DNA from: an uncultured Chloroflexia bacterium
GTDB lineage: Bacteria > Chloroflexota > Anaerolineae > CG2-30-64-16
DNA length: 64,000 nucleotides
Assembly: GCA_963774265.1 (NCBI GenBank)
Contig: CAVZDU010000002.1
Location: forward strand, 576,001 to 640,000
Direction of reading: 5' to 3'
The translations under genes and the position numbers were made by a program. Shown piece after piece: positions 42,282 to 52,000 of this stretch. The notes below the pieces were generated by a model. The model saw nothing but the letters and a program-made list of their open reading frames with translations, was not told the origin of the DNA and searched no databases. The stretch's first letter is position 1. Every line of letters begins with the position of its first letter.

Positions 42282-45245
42282 ATGGACTCTTCGAGCCTTT
42301 TCAGTCGCGCGGAAGTGATGGGTGGCCTGACCGCCAGGCGCGCTCGCACGCTCCTCTACCTCATCGAGAGTCGCAGCGCTCGCCTGGCCGCCCAGGCCAG
42401 GCAGGCCATGGCGCCCTTTCGCTCCGAGCAGGCTGCTGCGGACGACGAGTTGGCTTTCATCACGGCCTTCACCGAGGGCCGGGATCCGCCGCTGAAACCC
42501 TCGATCCAGGACCTGGAGCACTTCGCCGGGCAGTGGGCGCCCCTTGTGCCGCGAGAGCCCCGGATGCAGGCTGCGGTCAGCCACGCGCTCGCTGCGAAGT
42601 ACCGCTTCACTCATGACGCCGTGCCGGGCATCAGGGCTGCTCTCGGCCTGGACGAGAGTCCAGTGCAGGACGCCTTCCTGAGGCAGTATGGGGCGACGAT
42701 CGCTTCGATCTATCAGACCAGTCCCGGTGGCCTCGAGCGCCTCCGCTGGGCCTGGGCCAGATTTGCCCGCCGGTTAGAGTCGCTGCCGCCCTTTTGGACC
42801 TCCTTTGCCCTGACCCTTACGGAAACGGTCGGCGCCGGCACGCTGGCCTTGCCTATCGCGCTGGCCGGCATCGGTCCACTTCCAGGCATTTTGCTTATGA
42901 TCGTGCTGGGCACGGTCAATGTGGTGACGATCGTCTGCGGGGCGGAAGCGGCGGCGCGCAGCGCGACAGTGCGTTACGGTTCGGGCTTCATAGGACGGAT
43001 GGTGCGCGATTACCTGGGCAACTACGCCAGCCTCGTGCTCACAGCGGCGGTGGCCCTGCTTTGCTTCCTGACATTGCCGGTCTTGTACATCGGTTTTGGC
43101 AGCGCGATGGCGGGCTTCACCGGCCTGCCCCAGGCGGCGTGGGTCATCGGGCTCTTCCTGATCTGCATGTACCTGTTGCGCCGGGAGTCGTTGGATGCCA
43201 CCGTCGGCTCGGCGCTGGTGGTCGGAGCGGTCAATATCGGCATCATCATGCTGCTTTCCTTGCTGGCTTTTACCCGGCTGGATCCCGCCAACCTGCTTTA
43301 TTTCAACGTTCCATTTGTCAACGGAAAGCCGTTCGAGCCCTCGCTCCTGGAGCTGATCTTCGGAGTGATTTTGTTGGCCTTTTTCGGCCACATGTCGGTG
43401 AACAACTGCGCGCAGGTTGTGCTGCGTCGCGATGCCAGCGCCCGTTCCCTGCTCGGCGGCGCGGCCGCGGCCCAAGTCGTGGTCATCGCCATGTACAGCA
43501 TCTGGTGCCTTGCAGTTGCAGGAGCCGTCCCGGCCGCGACTTTGCGCGCTGAAACGGGCACCGCCCTGGCGCCGTTGGCCAGTCGCGTGGGGCCGATCGC
43601 GGTTGTACTCAGCAGCATCTACGTCGTGCTGGCCCTCGCCATCGGGTCACTTCACAGTTCGCTCGGGCTTTTCAATCTCGTGCGCGAGCGCTTGCCCGCC
43701 CAGGCGGCGCTCTCCGTCAGGTTGTCGCTGCGTGACGGCCGGCTGATATTAACCCCTCGTCCCAGCATCCGAAGTCTCTTCCGCGCGGGCCAGCCGGGCA
43801 GCCGGCTCGGCGTGACTTACCTTGGGCTGGACGGCATGCGGCCCCAGGCCACGCCCCGCCCACGTCTGCGCCTGGATCTCAACCTGGGCGGCCAGGTTCA
43901 CGTCCTGGAAACCACGTTGGACAATGCTTCGTGGGACCAGGCGGCGCTGGCCGGGCTGCTGCCAGACCTGCACCGGCGAGGGATACGGCTCAACCTGGAG
44001 GTGGTCGAGGCGGCGCCCGCCTACATTCATCTCCGGGTCGCATCGCCGATGGCCATGCGCTACGAAGGCGAGCGGGAAAGCGCGGGACTGGATCTTGCCG
44101 CTTTGCTGGAACTCGCCGATACAGAGCGTCAGCTCTGGACATGGCTCTCACGGCAGCCGCAACCTGCCAGCCTGGCTGAGATTGCCGCGAACAGCCGCGT
44201 GGATGAGGGCGCAGCGCGAGCATCGATCAAGTCCTTGACCCAACAAAGGCTCGTGAGCGAAGAGCTGGCAGATGGGCAAGTACGCTACCGCGCCCGCTTT
44301 GCCGCCCGGCGTAGCCGCAGCCTTCCCGAGGCGTTGCGGGGCGAAGAGGCTCCGCCCCGTGCAAAGGAACGGAAGAATGCTGACGACGAAAGGGCCTTGA
44401 GCCACCCGGCTCTCTGGGCCGGCCTGAGCGCAAGCGGCCGTTACTGGCTCTGTGCTTTGCCCACCGTCGCGGCGTTCCTGCTGACCGAGTACCTCTTGAT
44501 TAGCAGCAAGGCGTCTTTCTCCGGCGCGTTCAGCCTCATCGGCGTGCTGCTGGTCTCACTCCTTGGCGGTTTCTTTCCGGTCTTGCTGCTCGTTGCCAGC
44601 CGGCGCAAGGGCGACGTGGTGCCTGGCGTGGCGCCGCGCCTGGCCGGTCACCCGCTCGTCCTGGGGCTGATCTACCTGCTGTACCTGGCCGGCCTGTTCT
44701 TGCATGGCCTGGTCATCTGGCGGGAGCCCGTTCAGCGCGCTGCAGCGCTCGGGATTGGTTTGTTGGCGATTGCCATGCCCATCGTCATGCTGCGGCTCGG
44801 CGTCTTTCGCCGGCGGGCCGTGATCGAGTTGTGCGCCCATCTTGACGGGAAGCGGCCGGCGACCTTTGCTGTGTCCGCCGCCGGAAAGCCTCTTCCCGTT
44901 GAAGTGCAATTGCGCTACGACCACGATTGCCGTTGCTCACAGGCGGCGAGCGGTGAAGTCCCCGATTTTCCCGCCTTGCGAACTGCCAGCTTTCGGCGCC
45001 TGACCGGATCGGAAGCCGGTGCGACTGACCGGCCGCCTGCGGTGCGCGATCTGAAAGTCTGGACTCACGCGCTCGCGCCTGACGGCGATGACCAGGCGCT
45101 GCCGGCCACCGGTGAAATCCGGAGCGGGGACGTTGTCACCGCCTGCGACCTGGGGGGCCTGGGCGGTCAGGTGGTTCTACCACTGGCAGATGGCGGCTTC
45201 GTGGTGCAGGTCGCGTTTCAAGGGCCATCGCAGGATGCACGATAG
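42282..45245 (+). CDS. Amino-acid permease-like (HAAAP/AAAP) membrane protein with soluble domains including a winged helix
   Basis: TETVGAGTLALP TM1 motif, AFFGH; soluble insert with ..ERQLWTWL..ASLAEIAA..SLTQQRLV; more TM helices after it. Confidence 0.72.
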   Translation: MDSSSLFSRAEVMGGLTARRARTLLYLIESRSARLAAQARQAMAPFRSEQAAADDELAFITAFTEGRDPPLKPSIQDLEHFAGQWAPLVPREPRMQAAVSHALAAKYRFTHDAVPGIRAALGLDESPVQDAFLRQYGATIASIYQTSPGGLERLRWAWARFARRLESLPPFWTSFALTLTETVGAGTLALPIALAGIGPLPGILLMIVLGTVNVVTIVCGAEAAARSATVRYGSGFIGRMVRDYLGNYASLVLTAAVALLCFLTLPVLYIGFGSAMAGFTGLPQAAWVIGLFLICMYLLRRESLDATVGSALVVGAVNIGIIMLLSLLAFTRLDPANLLYFNVPFVNGKPFEPSLLELIFGVILLAFFGHMSVNNCAQVVLRRDASARSLLGGAAAAQVVVIAMYSIWCLAVAGAVPAATLRAETGTALAPLASRVGPIAVVLSSIYVVLALAIGSLHSSLGLFNLVRERLPAQAALSVRLSLRDGRLILTPRPSIRSLFRAGQPGSRLGVTYLGLDGMRPQATPRPRLRLDLNLGGQVHVLETTLDNASWDQAALAGLLPDLHRRGIRLNLEVVEAAPAYIHLRVASPMAMRYEGERESAGLDLAALLELADTERQLWTWLSRQPQPASLAEIAANSRVDEGAARASIKSLTQQRLVSEELADGQVRYRARFAARRSRSLPEALRGEEAPPRAKERKNADDERALSHPALWAGLSASGRYWLCALPTVAAFLLTEYLLISSKASFSGAFSLIGVLLVSLLGGFFPVLLLVASRRKGDVVPGVAPRLAGHPLVLGLIYLLYLAGLFLHGLVIWREPVQRAAALGIGLLAIAMPIVMLRLGVFRRRAVIELCAHLDGKRPATFAVSAAGKPLPVEVQLRYDHDCRCSQAASGEVPDFPALRTASFRRLTGSEAGATDRPPAVRDLKVWTHALAPDGDDQALPATGEIRSGDVVTACDLGGLGGQVVLPLADGGFVVQVAFQGPSQDAR

Positions 45246-45255
45246 GAGGCGGCCC

Positions 45256-45963
45256 GTGGCAGACACTCAGGGACACATTCTGGTCGTAGATGACTACGTG
45301 CTCAACCGCATGCAGTTGAAACGCAGCCTCGAGCAACAAGGTCACACGGTCAGCCTGGCCGAGAACGGGCGGCAGGCCCTCGAGCTGCTGGAAGTGGGCT
45401 GCTTCGACCTGGTGCTGCTTGACATCCTCATGCCTGAGATGGACGGCTACGAGGTGCTCGCCCGCCTGAAAAGCGATCCGGCGCGCCGCGACCTGCCGGT
45501 GATCGTGATCTCCGCGCTGGATGAGATGGATAGCGTGATCCGCTGCATCGGCATGGGCGCCGAAGACTATCTGCCCAAGCCCTTCGACACGCTGCTGTTG
45601 CGCGCGCGTCTCGGCGCCTGCCTGGAGAAGAAACGGCTGCGCGATCAGGAGGTGGAATACCTCCAGCAGGTCGCGCGCGTGACGGCGGCGGCCGCGGCGG
45701 TGGAGGCGGGGCAGTTCACGCTCGCCAGCCTCGACGATGTGGCGGCGCGGCCGGATGCACTCGGTCAACTCGGACGCGTCTTCCAGCGCATGGCGCACGA
45801 AGTCTATGCGCGCGAGCAGTCCCTGAAGCACCAAGTGCAGGAGTTGCGTATCCAGATCGACGAAGTCAAGAAAGCGCGTGAAGTGGCCGAGATCACCGAG
45901 AGCGACTACTTTCGCACCCTGCGTAACAAGGCGCACCAACTGCGGGAAAACCACGGCACATAA
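45256..45963 (+). CDS. Response regulator (REC + HAMP-like/coiled-coil tail, no output enzyme)
   Basis: GGAGG then GTG; ILVVDD, LLDILMPEMDG, KPF; tail DALGQLGRVFQRM..EITESDYF. Confidence 0.88.
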   Translation: MADTQGHILVVDDYVLNRMQLKRSLEQQGHTVSLAENGRQALELLEVGCFDLVLLDILMPEMDGYEVLARLKSDPARRDLPVIVISALDEMDSVIRCIGMGAEDYLPKPFDTLLLRARLGACLEKKRLRDQEVEYLQQVARVTAAAAAVEAGQFTLASLDDVAARPDALGQLGRVFQRMAHEVYAREQSLKHQVQELRIQIDEVKKAREVAEITESDYFRTLRNKAHQLRENHGT

Positions 45964-45977
45964 GCGAGGAAGACACC

Positions 45978-46469
45978 ATGCTTTCGGCTATCGAGAAAGT
46001 CATCTTTCTGAAAGAAGTGCCCTTTTTCCAGGGCATGACCGTCGGGCAATTACGGGTCCTCGCAAATGTGTGCGAGGAGGAGTTCTTCCCCGCCGAGGCC
46101 CGCCTGTTCACCGAAGGCGATCCCGGGGGTGTGCTCTACGTTGTGGTCAGCGGCCGTGTCGGCATTGAGCAGGAGAAACGCAAGGGTTCTTTTGCGCGGC
46201 TCGCCACGGTCGAAGCGCACGGCTACCTGGGCGAGGCCGACTTCTTCGACAACAATTGCCGCACCAACTCGGCCATCGCCATCCAGGACACCCTGGCGCT
46301 GCGGCTGCGCCGCGAGCCGTTGATTGCGCTGGCCCGCCAGTATCCCGACCTGTCGCTGGAGTTGATCAACGTGCTCAGCGTCCGGTTGCGGGAAGCCAAC
46401 GACCGCATCGCGGATCTGACACGGACCCACCCCCAAAAACTGCAGAAGCTCTATGACCAGCTCACCTGA
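45978..46469 (+). CDS. Stand-alone cyclic-nucleotide-binding domain protein
   Basis: LKEVPFF, FTEGDPG..LYVVVSGRV, LGE..R; no HTH. Confidence 0.88.
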   Translation: MLSAIEKVIFLKEVPFFQGMTVGQLRVLANVCEEEFFPAEARLFTEGDPGGVLYVVVSGRVGIEQEKRKGSFARLATVEAHGYLGEADFFDNNCRTNSAIAIQDTLALRLRREPLIALARQYPDLSLELINVLSVRLREANDRIADLTRTHPQKLQKLYDQLT

Positions 46470-46477
46470 GATATCGG

Positions 46478-47803
46478 ATGCAGACACGCTGGAAGGAGCG
46501 CGTCCCGATGGATGTCTATGCATGGGCCGATGACCTGATCAATTCTGCCCCCAGGTATGCGACGGGTTTTACCGAGCTGCTGGCCACAGAGCCATATCGG
46601 ATGTCGCTCGTTTTGCGGCGGCAGTATGACTCAAGGCTGCATCTCATTCGATCTTTCCAGAAGATCGCGCTTGATGTGTTCAGAGCTGCCTTGAGCGGCG
46701 AGATGCCCCCTGCCGTTCTTCACTGGCTGATGAACGAAACGCCTGATTGCGTTGGGCTCAGTTATCATCGCAGCCTCGAAGACCGCCACTTCACCCTCCC
46801 GGTGTTCTTTCGTACGGACGAAGTGACGCCCGGAAGGATCATCGAGATTCAATGCCCGGGATCGGCGTGGGGCGAGTTACAGCTGGCCTTCGAGTACGCG
46901 GTGGCGATGGGCTATCTCGGCCGGGAGGCATCTCCCGCCGATCGTTTTGCCGCTCAACTGACCGATTTCCTGCGAGACACCCCTGTGGTGCACCATCTTC
47001 TCGACAATGTTTCTGCGCCGCCAGGAATGCGGTATTTCATCGAGAAAACCAGGCCTGGCGTCAGATACGGGGACATTGACCACGGCGTGCGGGCAAGTGA
47101 CTGCAACTTCATCCGAAGCCACGCGTTTTTCAGTATATGCAGCGACAAAGACTTCCTGGCGCGGCTGTCGAAGGTGGGCAGCGGCGTCACTTACGATCTG
47201 CCGCCTCACATCCTGTTTGATAACAAGGCAGCGCTTGTGCTCCCGTTCTGGTCGGTGACCCGAGAGTCGTTTTCTGATGATATTCGCGAGCTATTTCCCT
47301 TTACGACCCCCCTGTTGCCGGACGGCATCGAGCTGCCAGACGGCACGCGCGTAACCATCGAGGACTTCTGTCGTTGGCCGCGCTCTCGGCGATCGTACTA
47401 TCTGAAGTATGCCGGGGCAAGCCTGGAGCTGAATTGGGGGAGCAGGGGCGTATATCGGTTGAGCAATCTGGGCAGCGCCGCGTGTCTCAACTTTCTCCGG
47501 GAATGTCTCAGCGGGTATGAGAAGGGCCAGATCTGGTTGCTGCAGAAGGAGGAAATCCAAGAGGATGAGATCGCCTATCTGGCCCGCGACGGGACCGTGC
47601 ATCATCAGCGCCTCCATGCGAAGTTCAGCGGGTATTATGGACCCGATGGCTGTCTCGGCGTTCTGGCGATGCACAGGCAGCACAACAAGGTGCACGGGCA
47701 ACCAGACACCATTCTAAGCTATGTTTTGGCGCACGACGCCGGACAAGCCGGACAGAGGAGCGCAATCGCTATGGAGGAGGCAGATGTCGCTCACCGTCTA
47801 TGA
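46478..47803 (+). CDS. Putative circularly permuted ATP-grasp amide ligase (GSP-synthetase-like), paralogue 1; start may be 46508
   Basis: FRTD..EIQC, DNKAALVLPFW, YLKYAG..WGSRGV, WLLQ. Confidence 0.6.
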   Translation: MQTRWKERVPMDVYAWADDLINSAPRYATGFTELLATEPYRMSLVLRRQYDSRLHLIRSFQKIALDVFRAALSGEMPPAVLHWLMNETPDCVGLSYHRSLEDRHFTLPVFFRTDEVTPGRIIEIQCPGSAWGELQLAFEYAVAMGYLGREASPADRFAAQLTDFLRDTPVVHHLLDNVSAPPGMRYFIEKTRPGVRYGDIDHGVRASDCNFIRSHAFFSICSDKDFLARLSKVGSGVTYDLPPHILFDNKAALVLPFWSVTRESFSDDIRELFPFTTPLLPDGIELPDGTRVTIEDFCRWPRSRRSYYLKYAGASLELNWGSRGVYRLSNLGSAACLNFLRECLSGYEKGQIWLLQKEEIQEDEIAYLARDGTVHHQRLHAKFSGYYGPDGCLGVLAMHRQHNKVHGQPDTILSYVLAHDAGQAGQRSAIAMEEADVAHRL

Positions 47804-49041
47804 ATGGGCTGATAGCTCGATCAACTCCTGCCCCCGGTATGAGACGGGTTTTACGCAACTGCTGGCTACAAAGCCATACCGGGTGTCTCCCGACGTTCGG
47901 CAGTCTTTATGACTCCAGGCTGCTTCTCATCCGGTCTTTTCAGAAGACAGCAGTCGGACTGTTCAGAGCCGCCCTGAACGGCGACATGCACCCGGCGGTT
48001 CTTCACTGGCTCATGAATGAAACGCCCGATAGTCTTGCGAAGTCCTACCATCGCACCCTCGAAGAACGCCACTTCACCCTGCCGGTCTTCTTTCGCACTG
48101 ACGAAGTGCGGCCCGGCAGAATCAATGAGATTAATTGCCCGGCAGCATTGTGGGGCGAGCTGCAGTTAGCTTACGAGTATGCGGCCAGGATGGGCTACGG
48201 CGCCGGCCATGTCTCACCCGCCGATCAATATGCGGCTCAGCTGACCGATTTCCTGCAAGAGGCCCCTGTAGTTCATCACTTTCTCGATAAGTCTTCTGCT
48301 CCCGGAAGCTGGCGGTACTTCATCGAGAAGACCAGGCCTCGCGTAAGATATTGGAGCATCGACCGCGGCGTGAGAGCGGTTGATTGCAACTTCATCCGGT
48401 ACCAGACGTTCGTCGACCTATTGGGGGATGGCAACTTTCCTGCGCGGCTATCGAAGGTGGGCAACGGGGTCACGTTCGATTCCCCGCCTTACATGTTGTT
48501 CGATCAGAAGGCAGCGCTGGTGCTGCCGTTCTGGTCGATGACACGCGAGTGGTTCGCGGACGATATTCGGGGCCTGTTTCTCTTTGCCACCCCCTTGCTG
48601 CCGTCCGGCATCGAGCTGCCGGACGGCAGGTGCATAAGCATCGAGGACTTTTCTCGCTGGCCGCGCTCTCAGCGGTCATTCTACTTGAAATATGCAGGGG
48701 CGGACTGGACCCTGAATTACGGCAGCAAGGCGGTATACAGGCTCAGCAATATGAGCAGCGACGCCTGTCTCGATTTCCTGCGGCAATGTCTCGATCAGTA
48801 CGAGCGCGGCCATATCTGGCTGCTCCAACAAGAAGAAACCCAGGATGATGAGATCGAGTACCGGACCCGTGACGGCGCCCTTCATACCCAGCGCCTGCGA
48901 GCGAACTTCGGTGGCTTCTATGGGCCGGGTGGTTGTCTCGGGATCCTGGCCAACCACAGCCGATACAACAAAGTGCATGGGCAAGCGGATACGGTTATCA
49001 GCTATGTCCTGGCTGACCTCGAGGATCGTGGCACGGCATGA
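47784..49041 (+). CDS. Putative ATP-grasp amide ligase, paralogue 2 (frameshift ~47905)
   Basis: Collinear with paralogue 1: FRTD..EINC, DQKAALVLPFW, YLKYAG..YGSKAV. Confidence 0.6.
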
Positions 49042-52000
49042 GAGCAGCGGGCTTCCTGGGCAAGCTGTTCAACGTGCGCTCCGGTGAGTGGCGCCGCCTG
49101 TTGCTGCTGTATTGCATGACGCTGGCGGTCGTGACTGGCCTCACCTGGGCCGATGCGATCGTTCAGGCGGCTTTTCTGCAGCGTGTCGGCGTGCAGTACC
49201 TGCCCTGGGTGTTCATCAGCAGCGCGGCCTGCTCTCTCGGCGCCATGTTCGTCTATTCGGCCTTCGCCGATCGGGTGTCCAATACCCGCCTGCTGATCGC
49301 CCTCCTGGCTATCGGCGGCGCCGGCATCCTGTTGGGCCTGGCGGCGTTGGCTAGCGGGCTGGTCGGGCTGGGCTACCTGCTGCTGTTCCTGGTCCTCCAG
49401 GTGCCGTTGTTGGACGTGTATAATATTCATTGGGCGACCTACGTCAACGGCTTCTACGATATTCGAGTCGCGAAGCGCATCGTGCCCGTGCTGAGCACCG
49501 CCTCCCGCCTCGCCGGTATCGTCGGTGGGTTGAGCATGCCGCTGATGAACCGTCTGCTGAGCCCAACCGGCATTCTCCTGGTTGCTATCGCATCCCTGGC
49601 GGTCATGGCACTCCTGGTGGCCGTCATGCCGCGCTTGCTGCACGAACAGCGGTCCAAGCCGGGCCCTTGGGCCGGCTCACCGGCAATGCCCCAGGCCGCT
49701 CCTTCCCCCTCGTATGGCGCCCGCCTCCGTGAAGGCTATCAGCAGATTGCGCGTTCGCCTTTCCTGCGCTGGATGGCGCTCTCGACGCTCGTCATGACCG
49801 TCCTGATGACCCTGCTCAATTACGGGGCCAGCGCCATCTTTCAGGAGGAACTCAAGACAACCGTTGCGATCGCCGACTTCCTGGGAGTGCTGGGGGGCAT
49901 GGCCAACCTGGTGGTGTTGCCGTTCCAGTTGTTCTTGCTGAGCCGCCTGATCGCGCGCCTGGGTCTGGGCAATGCCAACCTGGTCTTCCCGCTGGCCACC
50001 CTGGCCTCGGCCGGCAGCCTGGCCGTCGCGCCCGGCCTGGGCACGGCCGCCCTGGCCTACCTGGACCGCACCGCCCTGCGCTCTGCCTTCCGCAACCCGA
50101 CCGACAACCTGCTCTACAACGCGGTGCCTTCACGCGTCAAGGCGCGTACCCGCGCTTTCGTCGGCGGCCTGGTGGTCCCGATCGGCGCGATCGTGGGTGG
50201 CCTGCTGCTGCTGACCGGGTTGATGCGTACGTCCTGGTTCCTGCCCGCGGCGATGCTCGTCCTGGGACTCGCCTTCGCACTGGCTGCACTGATGGTGCGC
50301 CGGCACTATGGGCCAGCGCTGGTGGACTTGCTGGAGCAGGAGGACTACTCCTCCCTGGCCCTGCAGGCCCCGTCGCTGCAGGAGCCAACCGCCCTCGCCG
50401 CAGCCGATCCGCCGACCCTGGCACGCCTGGCACAAAAGCTGAGCGAGAGCACAAGCCCCGAGCGCGCGACCTTCATGGCCCAGCTGATCATTGCGGTTGG
50501 CGGCGATGCCGCAGTGCCGATCGTGGGACAGGCTGCGCGTGCCGCGACTGACAGCCGGCTCCGCACGTCGCTGGTCGATGTGCTCGTCGCAGCCGACGTG
50601 CGGCGGGGCGGGGCGCGCGAGCTGTACACCGAGCTGCTGGCCGACCGTGACGGGCAGGTGCGCCTGTCGGCCATCGGCGGCCTGGAGCAGATCGACGGGC
50701 CGCGCGATGGCCGTTACCTGGTGGTCGCCGCGCGCCTGTTGGCCGATTCGGAGATCGACGTCCGACTGCGCGTTCTACCTGCCCTCCTGGCCGCGGACGA
50801 TCCCGGCATGCGTACCGCAGGCTCCGGCGAACTCCGTGCGCTCCTGAATGCTTCCGATCCGCGCATCCGGGCGCGGGCCCTGCGTGTCGTCGGGCAGGCC
50901 CGCGCCTCCGGGTACTTGCCGGAGGTGGTGCACTCACTGGCTGATGGCGCAGACGAGGTGCGGCTGGCGGCCGCTCTTGCTGTCGAGATGCTGGTCGACG
51001 ACGAGTTGCCTGCCCCCAGTCGGGAAGCGCTGCTGGCTTCGGTTCTAGACCTCCTCCACGATCCGATCGAGCGGGCGCGCATGGCGGCCATCATGATCCT
51101 GGGCCGGCTCAGCAAGGACGGCGAGCCCCATGCGGCGGCGGTGCACGAGAGACTGGTGGGAGGCCTGGCCGATCCCAGCCCGGAGGTGCGGGAACGGGCC
51201 ATCGAAGTCCTGGCGAACGCCGGCCGGCGGGCCGTCCCCCAGGTGCACGAGCAGCTCAACTCCGCAGATCCCCGCCTGCGCCAGATGGCTGCGGTGGTGT
51301 TGGCCCGCATCGATCCCCGCAGATACGCACCCCTGGTACGCGGGCCAATTCTCGACGGCAACCTGCTCATCATTTACCGGAACCTGAGCTGCTCACACGC
51401 CCTGGCCGGCTGCCCCGGTCCGGTGGTGGCCGTGTTGGGGCGCGCGCTGCGCGAGCGGAATGCGACCCTGCTCGACGAGGTTTTCTACCTTCTGGCGACG
51501 ATCCAGGATCCGGCCGCGGTCAGGACCATCGCGCACTCGCTGCGCAGCCCGCAGCCGGTGGTGCGGGCCAACGCGGCCGAGGCCCTGGAATCACTGACTG
51601 CGCCCCAGACGGCCGCCCTGGTCGGGCCGCTGTTCGAGCCGGACCTGCCGCCCGAGCCACTCCTGTCGCTGGCCAGGCAGACCTGGGACATATCTATCCC
51701 TACGCCTGCCGCAGCCATGCGCCTGCTCCTGAGTGAGGCCAGCGATGCCTGGCAGCGCTCCCTGGCCCTCGCCGCACTGGTGGAACTGAGTGCATCAGTC
51801 GATCCCGGATCTGGCGGGGAGATTGCCGAGCTGCTGAGCCTGGCGCAGGCGGACACGAAGGGAGCACAGAATGACACCGCGCTTTCGGCCGTCGAGAAAG
51901 TCATCTTGCTGAAAGAAGCGCCCTTCTTCCAGGGCATGACCGTCGAGCAATTGCGGGTCCTCGCAAATGTGTGCGAGGAGGAGTTCTTCCCCGCCGAGGC

